The position numbers and the translations under genes were made by a program. A stretch of 32,000 bases of DNA from Nostoc sp. PCC 7120 = FACHB-418 (GTDB lineage: Bacteria; Cyanobacteriota; Cyanobacteriia; Cyanobacteriales; Nostocaceae): the NCBI RefSeq assembly GCF_000009705.1, contig NC_003272.1, positions 690,001-722,000 on the forward strand, in the 5' to 3' direction. Shown piece by piece: positions 1-10,251 of the stretch. The notes beneath the pieces are model-generated. The model saw only the letters and a list, made by a program, of their open reading frames with translations, ran no database searches and was not told where the DNA came from. Numbering within the stretch: position 1 is the first letter of the stretch; each line of letters starts with the position of its first letter.

Positions 1-1
1 C

Positions 2-595
2 TATTACCCTGATTTGAGTTTATCTGGTCAAGGCATAGGTGGAGCGCATTTCGGATCTGGACTTTCTTCTATTGGCGGTTCAATTCGTAGAGGCGAACTG
101 ACTAATGATCAACCAATCCGCCACGCTATCAAGTTTGTCCTGTGGGGGAAAAAATACTTCTATTATTCCAGTAGTCTTCCTGGGTATCGCTGGCCAGCAG
201 ACCGAGCTGACAACGCCGCCGCCACTAATTATGGTGGAAAAAACCCTGCTTTTGTACAAGGAACCCTACTAGCAATTCCACCATCTGTCACCGAGTCTAG
301 TCTGCAATTACAAACTCCAGTTGGCAAGAAGCTTTTTCGTGCATTACAAAATTACGGTGCTTATGTTGTTGATGATGCTGGATGGGATGGTCACTATATA
401 GCAGTAGAAAAAGGAGTTCCAGAAGAGTTTAAAACAAAATATGGTTATAGTTTTGAAGCTTCATCTGGTACTTTTTACAACGACATCATGAAGCTATATC
501 AGGCAGTTTACATCGTGGATAACAACAGCCCAACTAGCATAGGTGGAGGTGGTGCTACAAGACGCGCACCTCTAGCTCCACCATTACCAAGCTAG
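2..595 (+). CDS. hypothetical protein, C-terminal part (5' end lies outside the window)
   Basis: The frame is open from nt 2 to TAG at 593-595, so the TTG at 14 in the ORF track is probably internal. The sequence is Gly-rich with a Pro-rich tail and has no motif I can name. Confidence 0.5.
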   Translation, partial: YYPDLSLSGQGIGGAHFGSGLSSIGGSIRRGELTNDQPIRHAIKFVLWGKKYFYYSSSLPGYRWPADRADNAAATNYGGKNPAFVQGTLLAIPPSVTESSLQLQTPVGKKLFRALQNYGAYVVDDAGWDGHYIAVEKGVPEEFKTKYGYSFEASSGTFYNDIMKLYQAVYIVDNNSPTSIGGGGATRRAPLAPPLPS

Positions 596-621
596 ATAAG
601 CTATGACCCTTTTATGGTTTG

Positions 622-663
622 TTGACTGCTGACTGTTAACTGTCAACTGTCAACAGCCAACAC
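622..663. repeat. STRR-like heptamer array (ttgactg/ctgactg/ttaactg/tcaactg/tcaacag/ccaacac)
   Basis: Six consecutive 7-nt units were read directly, in the spacer between two convergent genes. Confidence 0.8.
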
Positions 664-697
664 GAAAAAATGTGCAATTTAAACCAAAGACATCTGA

Positions 698-3298
698 TTA
701 CTGTTTAACAGTCTGGGATTTAGCTTCTAGATTTTCTAGACGGCTTTTAAGTTCTTGGTTTTGTTGTTTGAGTTGGTCAAATTCCTCGCGTAATTTTCGT
801 AAAGCGTTGTCTGTGCCGATGTTTTTCTGCACATTCGCCAGTTCTTCTTCGGCGAAACGGCGCACACGCCCATCGGCTGTTTGATCTGCGAGCGATCGCA
901 ATACTCCCATTGCCTTTGGTGTCTCCATTTGCCCTAATGCGGCGACAACTGCCATCAGGGTTAAAAAGAAGTTTTCTTTAGATAGTTCGCCTAGCCGGGC
1001 AATAATCCGTTCTAAATTGACTGGGCTTTGACCAGGGGAAATTTTGCCTAATGCCCGAATTGCTGCCAAGCGTAATGGTTGGGGTACACCGAGTTTTGTA
1101 TACTCAAGTATCAAATCTAACGCTGCTTCCGAGGTTTTGAGTTCAGCTAAACCACCGATCGCCCCACTGCGAACTACTTCATTCCACCCAGCCCTTTCTT
1201 CTAAAACTGATTGCAGGAGCTTGATCGCTTTTTCTTCTTTGGATTTGTCATCGAAATTAATGGCGGCGATCGCTCCTAAGGCCAAACAAGCTGCCGACTC
1301 TACGTAGTAACTAGCATCACCATCTTTGACTACACCTTTGACAGCCTTATAACTAGCGAGGGTTTTAATTTTTGCTAGTGCTTGCACCACAGCCCGCCGT
1401 ACATAAGCATTTTTATCTGCTAAACCCTCAACTAATCCATCAAAAGCTTGGTCTAGCTTAATTTCTGCCAACTGTTTCGCCACTTCCACCCGCACACCCC
1501 AGAATGGTTCATTTTTCAGAGATGCTGCTAAGGCTTTAGTAGCTTCTAATCCGCCTTTTTTCGCCAAAGCTGCCGCCGCATATATACGCGAAATTGGATC
1601 TGGGTCAGATGCTAACTGTGCTTTTAACTCTGGGATGGGATATTCTAAAGACACAGTTTTCAGCCAATGATTACCCACATCAAAGCTGATAAAGTCTGGC
1701 TTCTCTGTGAGTGGGAAATAAAAACTTTGTTCCCGTTCATGTACCCGCACGGTGAAAGTTTGCAGTTTTGCTGCTGCTTCTGTTTGGTTATAGCCAAAAC
1801 CAATGGGGATTCTCAGGTCAAATACATCTTTATCCTTATCTGCGGGTACTTGAGTTTGGGTGACTGTTACCTTGGCTAACTTCGCTTCCCCGTCCCAAGA
1901 ATAAGCAACTTTAAAATCAGGATGACCACCGCGATAAACGTATTGGTCAAACAGGAAAGCGAGATTGCGTCCGGTAGCCTTTTCAATTGCCCGGAGTAAA
2001 TCTATTGTTTCTACAGTTTTGTGGGCATTATCCCGGACAAAGGTTTGTATTGCCTGCCAAAATAAGTCCTCTCCCAATTCCGCCCGAATCATGTGATAAA
2101 CACAAGATCCTTTTTCGTAGGTGTGGCGGTCATAGAGTTCAATGGCTTCTCGGTAAACGTGGGTTACCATCGGTCGGCGGTAGCGTCCGCTATCTTCACT
2201 CAAATAACTCCGCGCTTCTAATAAACGGTAATATGCGGCTTCTTCGGCGCTATATTCCTGTTCAGTCCACATCACCTCAGAGTAGGAAGCCATACCTTCC
2301 TTAATCCAAGCATGAGACCAATGTTTAATAACTAGCAAATCACCAAACCATTGGTGGGCTAGTTCGTGAACCACCAAACTTTCAGTGTTGCGGTTATCTA
2401 AGGCGGCGCGTTCGTCTAGCAAACATCTGTCAGTTAATAAGGTAGTAGAAGTATTTTCCATACCCCCAAAGATAAAGTCGCTGACACAGACTTGGGCATA
2501 TTTGGGAAAAGCATAGGCGTAACCATACTTTTCACTCAAAAACTCAATCATCCTCGGAGTTTTGCCCATGCTACGTTTAGCATCCGCCTCTCGTCCTTTT
2601 TCTACATAGTAGGTGACTGGTTTACCGCGCCATTCATCCCGAATTTCTGCAAAATCGGCAACGGCGAGGGTCATCAAGTAAGTAGGATGAATCTGTTGTT
2701 GTGACCAGTGATAGATTTTATGTTTGCCATCTTCTTGAGTGTCAATCAGTTCACCGTTAGAAATCGCCATGAGAGATTTAGGAACTCGCACCCGAATTTC
2801 TGAAGTAGAAAGTTGTCCTGGGTAGTCGAAACAGGGGAACCAGAAGCGCGAGTCTTCATCTTCGCCTTGAGTCCAAACTTGAACGGTTTTATTAGGGTAG
2901 TGTGAATCTGGTTGAATAAAGTAGATACCGCGCTGGGGCTTTTCCACAGCATAGGCGATCGCAATTAATATCCGCTTGCCAATCTCGGTGGGTTGGGATA
3001 GTTGAATTACCAACTGTTCGCCATCATAATCAAAGTCCTGCCCTACCTCATCCACCTGCACAGATCGAATTTGCAAGTTAACCGCATCCAAAGTTAAGCG
3101 ATCTATACCGTTGCGGATAGGCAATAAACGAATACTGCAACTACCTTCGTAACTTTGCTGAGGAATATCTAAGTTCAAATCGAGAAAAATATGCTCTACT
3201 TGGCCGGGGCGATCGGGGTTATAGTGTGGCCTAGCTCCGGGTAGTTCAAATGATTTATGTGCGTTACTATCTTGGTCAAAAGAATAAGAGTGTGGCAT
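698..3298 (-). CDS. pepN: M1-family zinc aminopeptidase (aminopeptidase N) with C-terminal HEAT-repeat domain
   Basis: 866-aa ORF with the GGMEN exopeptidase motif (FGGMENT) and the HEXXH-18-E zinc site (VVHELAHQWFGD...WIKEG). The C-terminal 300 aa are alpha-helical HEAT-like repeats. Confidence 0.9.
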   Translation of the reverse strand: MPHSYSFDQDSNAHKSFELPGARPHYNPDRPGQVEHIFLDLNLDIPQQSYEGSCSIRLLPIRNGIDRLTLDAVNLQIRSVQVDEVGQDFDYDGEQLVIQLSQPTEIGKRILIAIAYAVEKPQRGIYFIQPDSHYPNKTVQVWTQGEDEDSRFWFPCFDYPGQLSTSEIRVRVPKSLMAISNGELIDTQEDGKHKIYHWSQQQIHPTYLMTLAVADFAEIRDEWRGKPVTYYVEKGREADAKRSMGKTPRMIEFLSEKYGYAYAFPKYAQVCVSDFIFGGMENTSTTLLTDRCLLDERAALDNRNTESLVVHELAHQWFGDLLVIKHWSHAWIKEGMASYSEVMWTEQEYSAEEAAYYRLLEARSYLSEDSGRYRRPMVTHVYREAIELYDRHTYEKGSCVYHMIRAELGEDLFWQAIQTFVRDNAHKTVETIDLLRAIEKATGRNLAFLFDQYVYRGGHPDFKVAYSWDGEAKLAKVTVTQTQVPADKDKDVFDLRIPIGFGYNQTEAAAKLQTFTVRVHEREQSFYFPLTEKPDFISFDVGNHWLKTVSLEYPIPELKAQLASDPDPISRIYAAAALAKKGGLEATKALAASLKNEPFWGVRVEVAKQLAEIKLDQAFDGLVEGLADKNAYVRRAVVQALAKIKTLASYKAVKGVVKDGDASYYVESAACLALGAIAAINFDDKSKEEKAIKLLQSVLEERAGWNEVVRSGAIGGLAELKTSEAALDLILEYTKLGVPQPLRLAAIRALGKISPGQSPVNLERIIARLGELSKENFFLTLMAVVAALGQMETPKAMGVLRSLADQTADGRVRRFAEEELANVQKNIGTDNALRKLREEFDQLKQQNQELKSRLENLEAKSQTVKQ
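892..899. repeat. HIP1 octamer GCGATCGC (one example of many, e.g. also 1266-1273 and 2955-2962)
   Basis: The exact palindrome GCGATCGC recurs inside genes and spacers across the whole window. This is a cyanobacterial genome signature. Confidence 0.9.
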
Positions 3299-3750
3299 TG
3301 ATGCTAACTGGCCTTTTTATTTTGAAGATTTTAACTGAGTATATTCTCCAAAAATAACGCTCTTTGGTAGATTTCCCAAATTTAGCAATTAAAAGTGTCT
3401 AGGGTACAGGGATATAAATGTTTGAAACCCCTACTCCCCTACTCCCCATAGCTACCGCCAGTTACCTTACCTCGAAAAACAATGTACTCACGAGCATTAA
3501 ACCTGCAAGGAAAAAACCGATCGCAATCATCACCCGGAAAGCGTAGTAAATTAAACCTACCATGTGGGGGCGATCGCTTGGTTTCCACTGTATATTTAAA
3601 ATAATGATGATTTTATATAAAGGAAGACTCAGTAATATGGGGTGGACACAATGCCTCACCCCACAAATTGCATAATTTAATTTTTTATAACGAAATATCG
3701 AATCAACTATGAAAAAAACACAGGACAAACACTCTCGAAATACCTGATGC

Positions 3751-4410
3751 TTAAAAAGCTGAAACTCTGGTAAATGGTTCAAATTTATTGGTGTTTGATA
3801 TTACCGCTTGATGGGAATGATCTGATTGCTGACTGTCAGCAAAATGCTTATTCATCAGCTTAGGAACCTGGTCTGCTTGAATACGGGTGTAGCGAGTTTT
3901 ATCTGGCATCACTAAATTAGGCCCAGCTTTGCAGTTTTTCATACAGCCAGTACCTTTAATGGTAACTTGGTCTTCTAGACCGCGATCGCTTAAAGTCGCT
4001 TCTAGTGCTTGACAAAGTGCTTTACCGCCTCGTTTCATGCAGTCGGACTTCTGGCACACCAAAATTGTAGCTTTAGCCTTCTCTGGTTTTGGTTTTGTGT
4101 TTTCCATTGCTGGGACTTGTTTAACTGCCGATGATGTCTCTGTTCTAGCTGCCATCACAGCTTCAGCCTTGAGAGTAACTTTGCCAGTTTTAGCATCATA
4201 CTTTTTTTCACCAACCACTTGTAACAAAGTACCAGTAGGTAAACGCCAGTCAAAAGTAAACCTTAATTGCTTGGACAGTTTAACATAACATTCACCGTCA
4301 GCAGTTAGTAGTAATAAACCTTTAAGCTTATAGCCATCTTTAATAACAAATTCCATAAATCTGCCTTCAAGGCAAAACTCTGATACATCTTTACTGTGGC
4401 ATACACCCAT
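3751..4410 (-). CDS. thioredoxin-like [2Fe-2S] ferredoxin domain protein
   Basis: ATG at 4410 is preceded by AAGGTGG. The C-terminal half has the Cys pattern CQKSDC ... CMKNC typical of thioredoxin-like 2Fe-2S ferredoxins. The N-terminal domain is unassigned. Confidence 0.7.
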   Translation of the reverse strand: MGVCHSKDVSEFCLEGRFMEFVIKDGYKLKGLLLLTADGECYVKLSKQLRFTFDWRLPTGTLLQVVGEKKYDAKTGKVTLKAEAVMAARTETSSAVKQVPAMENTKPKPEKAKATILVCQKSDCMKRGGKALCQALEATLSDRGLEDQVTIKGTGCMKNCKAGPNLVMPDKTRYTRIQADQVPKLMNKHFADSQQSDHSHQAVISNTNKFEPFTRVSAF

Positions 4411-4476
4411 ATTGTTCCACCTTTGATTAACTAAAGTAAGTCTGAGTAATTAAGTGAGACATATTGCAGCCATCCG

Positions 4477-4755
4477 TTAAGAATACGGATAACGGCTTTG
4501 CCAATTAATTTCAAGAGAGTAAATTAAATCTTGGCGAGAAGATGTGAATTGTCGCATCACACTCCAAAGCTGAACAACTGTCATAGGGGTGACAAGTTCA
4601 ACCTTCAGTGGCTGGTTAGCTTCACACCAACAAGGAATTTCTAATTCCTGTAAGCGCTGATATACCTGCCAACGATCTGCCCAATCTACTTCTACAACGG
4701 ACTTTTCTTCTACTTCGGAACTGAACTGTTTCAAGCGACTAGCCCTCAAGTGCAA
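4477..4755 (-). CDS. small conserved cyanobacterial protein (I recall an Asr1405/Asl0597-type family); start codon uncertain
   Basis: 92-aa ORF with the motif DWADRWQVYQRLQELEIPCWC. Only TTG codons are available as starts (4755, 4749, 4734). Confidence 0.5.
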   Translation of the reverse strand: MHLRASRLKQFSSEVEEKSVVEVDWADRWQVYQRLQELEIPCWCEANQPLKVELVTPMTVVQLWSVMRQFTSSRQDLIYSLEINWQSRYPYS

Positions 4756-5050
4756 CTAACTTGCAGTAATTATCGAACTTTTACTCCCCAATATTGAGAA
4801 TCTTTAGGAGTACAGTTTCTTTTATTAGCATATCTTAAGTGCAAACAATTCTCAGTTAGTTTAGCAAAAAATTCTCAACAATTTTTTTGATCCCCAAACT
4901 CAGGTTGATTCGTCGATATCGAAGATGGGACACCTGGCTAGTAAAAATGCGTCACCATAGTTAAGAATCAACCCCCTGAGGGGGAATTCAAAATTAAAGA
5001 ATGGCTTACTCACCACTCAGTATTAAAAACTACATCGAAGCAAATTCAAG

Positions 5051-5746
5051 ATGGTAAGAACTATGCGGCCTTTACTCAGTACCCTTTCATTAGTACTACT
5101 ACTCCAAGGCTTCCCAGTAATTGTTCAAGCCCAAGGAAGCGAAAATACTGGGGATGTGGCATCCACAGCAATTCAACAGGTAATTGCTGCCAATTTGATG
5201 ACTAATTCAGCAGATGGAAACTTTTATCCAGAAAGGTTAATGAATCGTGCCGAACTAGCCTCGATTTTGGTAAAAGCATTCCGTCTCAATAAACAAGAAG
5301 CCGCTAACCAACCAAAATCAATCACAGTAGCCGATGTACCTCGTTCTCACTGGGCGTATCAAGATATTCAAACAGTTTTGAAAACAGATGTGATGAAAGG
5401 CTATCGGGGGAATTTGTTCTTTCCTAATCAACGGGTGACAAGGGCAGAAGCCTTAGCAATTTTTGCCCAAGCTTATGGAGTATTTCAATTCTCTGATGAT
5501 GTTGTCAACGAGATACTCGCACCCTATCCAGATGCGAATTCTATACCAAATTGGGCGAGAAGAGCGATCGCCACAGTCATTACAGAAGGATTTATTAATA
5601 CTGATGCTCAGAATAACATCACCCCATTAAGACCTATGACCCGTGGGGATATGGCTTACTTGCTGAGTAAATATTTGCAAAGACAGCAAAAGCAACCAGA
5701 CACCCCAGTAGTTCCCACGACTACAGATAGTCCACAACTACCTTAA
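5051..5746 (+). CDS. S-layer homology (SLH) domain protein with signal peptide
   Basis: The N-terminal hydrophobic signal ends in VQAQ. Three SLH-like repeats are present (FYPERLMNRAELASILVKAF, FFPNQRVTRAEALAIFAQAY, ITPLRPMTRGDMAYLLSKYL). Confidence 0.8.
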   Translation: MVRTMRPLLSTLSLVLLLQGFPVIVQAQGSENTGDVASTAIQQVIAANLMTNSADGNFYPERLMNRAELASILVKAFRLNKQEAANQPKSITVADVPRSHWAYQDIQTVLKTDVMKGYRGNLFFPNQRVTRAEALAIFAQAYGVFQFSDDVVNEILAPYPDANSIPNWARRAIATVITEGFINTDAQNNITPLRPMTRGDMAYLLSKYLQRQQKQPDTPVVPTTTDSPQLP

Positions 5747-6195
5747 TACCCAAACTACGTAAAAATCAGCAGATAAAAATAAAATTACAACATATCTATA
5801 CGGTGCTATTTTTGCTTAAGAGTAGTATGTCTATTTTTGCTGCACCGTATCATAGTACATTTGGATAGAATAGACTAAATATAGGCTCTATTCCCTAGCC
5901 TCTAGACTCTTAATCATCCTTGCATAGTGTGTTGTTAACAACCTATCAGCAGGATATTCTTCTACTTTGCTAATTTTGCAAAAATGAATCTAATTACACT
6001 TTTTCAAGTAATTTTGCGGTGTAGGTTATAAAGCATGATTACTAGTAAAAAATGCTGATAGCCTAGTGCTTAATTACCCATCCTTAGTGAACACTTCTTA
6101 GACTGCTACTTAGTAACAGTCTAATTCTCCGGGCTACCCGACCGTGGGAAAATCAGAATACCAAAAGTAGAGATTAGAGAGGAAAACCCTATAAT

Positions 6196-8103
6196 ATGCA
6201 TCTGAGTGAAATCACCCATCCCAATCAGCTGCACGGTCTATCCATCCGTCAACTGCAACAAATTGCCCGTCAGATTCGAGATAAACACCTGCAAACAGTA
6301 GCTGAATTTGGTGGACATCTGGGGCCTGGCTTGGGTGTTGTAGAGTTAACACTAGGGCTTTACCAGACTCTAGATTTAGACCGGGATAAAGTTATATGGG
6401 ATGTAGGACACCAAGCTTATCCCCACAAATTGATTACAGGACGCTACAGCGACTTCCATACCCTCAGACAAAAAGATGGAATTGCCGGTTATCTCAAACG
6501 TGGTGAAAATAAATTCGATCATTTTGGTGCAGGCCACGCTTCAACCAGCATCTCCGCAGCATTGGGTATGGCTTTAGCACGAGACATGAACGGGGAAAAG
6601 TTTAAAGCCGTGGCCGTGATTGGCGATGGTGCATTAACAGGTGGTATGGCGTTGGAAGCTATCAACCATGCTGGACACTTGCCGAAAACCAACTTATTGG
6701 TTGTTCTCAACGACAATGAGATGTCTATTTCTCCCAACGTCGGCGCGATTCCTCGCTACCTCAACAAAATGCGCCTCAGTCCCCCGGTGCAGTTCATCAA
6801 GGATAATTTTGAAGAACAGTTCAAACACATTCCCTTTGTCGGCGAATCCCTATCTCCCGAATTAGGAAGAATTAAAGAAGGGATGAAACGTTTAGCCGTT
6901 CCCAAGGTAGGTGCAGTATTTGAAGAACTGGGCTTTACCTACATGGGGCCAGTTGATGGGCATAATTTAGAGGAATTGATTGCTACCTTCCAACAAGCAC
7001 ACCAAATAGCTGGGCCAGTGTTAGTTCATGTAGCCACTATCAAAGGTAAGGGCTACGAACTCGCGGAAAAAGACCAAGTAGGCTACCATGCCCAAACTCC
7101 TTTTAACCTGACAACTGGCAAAGCAATTCCCTCCAACAAACCCAAACCCCCTGCTTATGCCAAAGTCTTCTCCCATACCCTAGTTAAATTAGCAGAACAA
7201 AACCCCAAAATTATTGGGATTACTGCGGCTATGGCGACAGGAACAGGTTTAGATAAGCTACAAGCAAAACTGCCCAATCAATATATTGATGTTGGCATTG
7301 CGGAACAACACGCAGTCACCCTCGCAGCTGGTTTGGCAACTGAAGGTATGCGTCCTGTAGCAGCCATCTACTCTACTTTCTTACAAAGGGCATACGACCA
7401 GATTATTCACGATGTCTGTATCCAAAATTTACCAGTATTCTTCTGTTTGGATCGGGCGGGAATTGTTGGTTCTGATGGCCCTACCCACCAAGGTATGTAT
7501 GACATTGCCTATCTACGGTGCATTCCCAACATTGTAATGATGGCACCGAAAGATGAAGCCGAAATGCAACGCATGGTAGTTACTGGTATTGAACATACCA
7601 CCGGGCCCATCGCTATGCGTTTCCCTCGTGGCAATGGCTATGGCGTACCCCTGATGGAAGAAGGCTGGGAACCTTTGGAAATCGGTAAAGGTGAAATTCT
7701 CCGCAACGGTGATGATGTATTAATTATCGGCTACGGCACAATGGTTTACCCCAGTATGCAGGCGGCGGAAATTCTCAGCGAACACGGGATTGAAGCGACT
7801 GTGATTAATGCCCGATTTGTTAAACCCTTAGATACGGAATTAATCGTGCCTTTGGCTCAGAAAATTGGGCGGGTTGTCACCCTGGAAGAAGGCTGTGTGA
7901 TGGGTGGCTTTGGTTCAGCTGTAGCAGAAGCATTGTTAGATGCAGATGTGGTGGTTCCTGTCAAGCGCATTGGTATTCCTGATGTATTGGTAGAACACGC
8001 TACTCCAGATGAGTCTAAGGCGGAATTAGGTTTAACTAGCCGTCAAATTGCGGAAAGAGTTCTACAGGCTTACTTTCAAAAGCAACCATCTCCTGTAAGC
8101 TAA
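6196..8103 (+). CDS. dxs: 1-deoxy-D-xylulose-5-phosphate synthase
   Basis: 635 aa with the N-terminal motif [14 protein letters not shown], the TPP-binding [13 protein letters not shown]...NDN motif, and a transketolase-like pyrimidine-binding and C-terminal domain. Confidence 0.97.
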
Positions 8104-8185
8104 GTTTCTGTTTCACTTGTACGAGGTTCCAAGCCATAATTTATCCGGGGATTACGCAAGTGTCACAAAAAGTCTTATTTTTTGC

Positions 8186-8236
8186 TTGTAGTAAGGGCTT
8201 TAGCTCTTATTTTGAGGACTAAAGTCCTCACTACAA
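8186..8236. repeat. Nostoc-type hairpin repeat (ttgtagtaagggctttagctc ... gaggactaaagtcctcactacaa)
   Basis: The arms are imperfectly inverted, and the right arm is itself the palindrome gaggact-aa-agtcctc. A second family member lies at 25245-25315. Confidence 0.7.
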
Positions 8237-8278
8237 ACTTAAAATAATATGCCAGTTGCGTAAGTCCTATTTATATTC

Positions 8279-8302
8279 AGGTGGGTATTGCCCACCTTTT
8301 TT
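8279..8302 (+). terminator. intrinsic terminator candidate downstream of dxs
   Basis: The 7-bp stem aggtggg/cccacct has a 5-nt loop and is followed by TTTTTT. Confidence 0.6.
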
Positions 8303-8470
8303 ATATTGGTATTACGTTCATTCCAGCAATCTATTAAAAGAGCGATTTTATCTAATAACTTACGACGATAAAACCTCCACCTAGAGAACGATATGGCTGA
8401 TGAGCTAGATAAAGTAAAAATAGAATGCTTCATCTTAAGCAAGTTACATTCTATGAAACTGAATTTTTCT

Positions 8471-8881
8471 ATGAAAAAGCTCTCAAATTTAGGACGTTGG
8501 ATAGCTACAACTGTATTTTGTTTATCAGCGATCGCTTTCGTTTGGCAAGGTGCATTTTTCGCCGACACCTCAGCAATGGCTGATAACTCTACATATTTAA
8601 TCGCAACTTCGGACGCAACCGATAGTCTACGTAACAAATCCAAAGAATTCATCCGCGACACCAAAGATAACGTTAAAGATGCAGCCAGAACAAATGCTAG
8701 CCGTGTCGATGATGCAACCGATAATGGTAGCACAGCCGAGCGCAAAGCTAACAAAGATGCGTCTCGGATTCAGAAAAGAGCAGAAGAAGATGCAGCTCGT
8801 ACAGAAACAGCAGTAGACAACAATCTAAATGCTGTTGAGCGTACTATCGATAATATCAAAGGTGCTTTCACCAATAATTAG
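8471..8881 (+). CDS. small secreted/membrane-anchored hydrophilic protein (hypothetical)
   Basis: ATG at 8471 gives MKKLSNLGRW plus a hydrophobic segment. The remainder is a charged D/K/A/R-rich low-complexity region. A strong terminator follows. The upstream extension to 8393 is unlikely. Confidence 0.6.
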   Translation: MKKLSNLGRWIATTVFCLSAIAFVWQGAFFADTSAMADNSTYLIATSDATDSLRNKSKEFIRDTKDNVKDAARTNASRVDDATDNGSTAERKANKDASRIQKRAEEDAARTETAVDNNLNAVERTIDNIKGAFTNN

Positions 8882-8901
8882 AAAAGAAACATCAAGGGTG
8901 C

Positions 8902-8940
8902 AGATACCCGATTTCTTTAAAATCGGGTATCTTGTTTTTT
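8902..8940 (+). terminator. rho-independent terminator
   Basis: A perfect 12-bp stem agatacccgatt (8902-8913) / aatcgggtatct (8921-8932) has a 7-nt loop and is followed by tgtttttt. Confidence 0.85.
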
Positions 8941-8998
8941 GAGTTTTTCCCGGAGACTGTTTCCATCAACCATTACCCTGATTCTATGATTTTTGGGT

Positions 8999-10069
8999 TT
9001 AGGTAATAGAAAGCAAATTTTCCGTAACTGAATTAACTACTTGAATTAATTCTTGCAATTTGGCAGCTACTAACCCACTATTTAATAATTCTTCTGCCTT
9101 AGCAATACCCGATCGCATATCCGCGCAAATTCCACTCCGCCAGAGGTAAAAGCCGCCATTCCACAAGGCTGTTTGTTGCAATTCACAGGATTTACCAGCA
9201 AGTACATCCTGTATTTGAGTTAGTAATTCTTCGGTGCTACCCAAAGGTACATTCTTGGTAGTAAAACCATATTCATGGGTTGAAAGGAAGACTCTTTCTA
9301 GCTCTGGTGATGCTGAAGATAAGCTGATAATGGCTGTGCGATCGCGTGGTAAATCACAACTGCCTTCTAATCCCTTCACAAGAGTAAATTTACTTACTCC
9401 CCGCAGTTCCAATGCTACCTGGAACATCCCTTCTGTTGGTGGATGAACATACCCAGCAATTACATGAGCATCCCCAGCATAGGGACACCAAATTAATTCC
9501 ATCGTTGCCAATGGTGGACGCTTACCTAATTGGTCGCGGTATTCCCAAATACTATTAGTTAAGGGAAAATGCTTTGGTGTATAAACAAAGCCGATTCCTG
9601 TTTGTGCAAATACTTCTTGGGTTTTTTCTAGTGATAAGGTAGTCCAATTTACGCCTAATCCTTGCCAAATCTCGGTTAAAGGTAATCCATATTTCGTCGG
9701 TAGGCGATCTCCTCCGTGTATTACCACTGGTTGTTCGACTGTGGCCATGAGTAACGCTGTTACCGGACTGATTGGTGCAGTGCGTGTTCTGCCATCATAA
9801 GGTATGCCGAAAACTATAACTGGGCGTTTAGAAGAGATTGGTTGCAGTTTTGGCCCCAATTCATCGAAAGCATCTAACATTCCCGCTAACTCTTCTCCCG
9901 TTGGGCGCTTAATCCGGTGGGCGATCAAAAATGCGCCTATCTGGGCTGGTGTAGCTTCACCCAAGAACATCATCTTAGTGGCGGTGGCGGCTTCAACACG
10001 GTTTAAACTTTCTCCCGTATGGTTCCCACTCCCTACTTTTTTCAGCAGATCCCTGAATACAATACTCAT
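8999..10069 (-). CDS. cnaT: anthranilate phosphoribosyltransferase-like (glycosyl transferase family 3) protein; CnaT, required for nir operon expression in Anabaena PCC 7120
   Basis: 356 aa with a TrpD-like fold signature (N-terminal helical domain, then GIPYDGRTRT.. and HGGDRLPTKYG regions). It sits immediately upstream of ntcB, as I recall for all0601. Confidence 0.8.
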   Translation of the reverse strand: MSIVFRDLLKKVGSGNHTGESLNRVEAATATKMMFLGEATPAQIGAFLIAHRIKRPTGEELAGMLDAFDELGPKLQPISSKRPVIVFGIPYDGRTRTAPISPVTALLMATVEQPVVIHGGDRLPTKYGLPLTEIWQGLGVNWTTLSLEKTQEVFAQTGIGFVYTPKHFPLTNSIWEYRDQLGKRPPLATMELIWCPYAGDAHVIAGYVHPPTEGMFQVALELRGVSKFTLVKGLEGSCDLPRDRTAIISLSSASPELERVFLSTHEYGFTTKNVPLGSTEELLTQIQDVLAGKSCELQQTALWNGGFYLWRSGICADMRSGIAKAEELLNSGLVAAKLQELIQVVNSVTENLLSIT

Positions 10070-10077
10070 AAAAGTTA

Positions 10078-10182
10078 TTAGTCAACGGTCAATGGTCATT
10101 AGTCATTAGTCATTAGTCATTAGTCGTATTGTTGCTTTGGACTGTGGACTTTTGACTCTGAACTATGAACTATTGACTAATC
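10078..10182. repeat. 105-nt tract with 7-nt periodicity (ttagtca x4 plus variants, then actNNNN x6)
   Basis: Fifteen consecutive heptamer periods were read directly, directly 5' of the cnaT start codon. Confidence 0.85.
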
Positions 10183-10251
10183 GTATACCTTATAGCAATT
10201 TCAAAAAATAATGCGACAGACACATACTCTCAAACCTTTGTAATGTCTGGC

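Noticed and set aside
672-2964. Six short ORFs (672-884, 1044-1307, 1667-1879, 1987-2304 and 2492-2704 on the plus strand, and 2746-2964 on the minus strand) overlapping pepN.
   Set aside because: They lie antisense or out of frame inside an 866-aa ORF with clear M1 peptidase motifs. Their translations are low-complexity, and they look like shadow ORFs.
3462-3782. 106-aa ORF taken as an intact gene.
   Set aside because: It overlaps the 3' end of the 2Fe-2S gene and its N-terminal two-thirds is AT-rich with Cys/Phe/Ile junk. Only the C-terminal segment looks protein-like, and that is reported separately as a low-confidence relic.
8239-8754. 171-aa minus-strand ORF opposite the small secreted protein gene.
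   Set aside because: Its translation is Ser/Leu-rich with no domain logic and it runs through the dxs terminator region. The plus-strand ORF has a signal peptide and is followed by a perfect intrinsic terminator.
10078-10182. Heptamer arrays here, and at 16308-16405, 18642-18711 and 21599-21691, considered as a possible CRISPR array.
   Set aside because: The unit length is 7 nt with no unique spacers and no cas genes. These are STRR-type short tandem repeats typical of heterocystous cyanobacteria.
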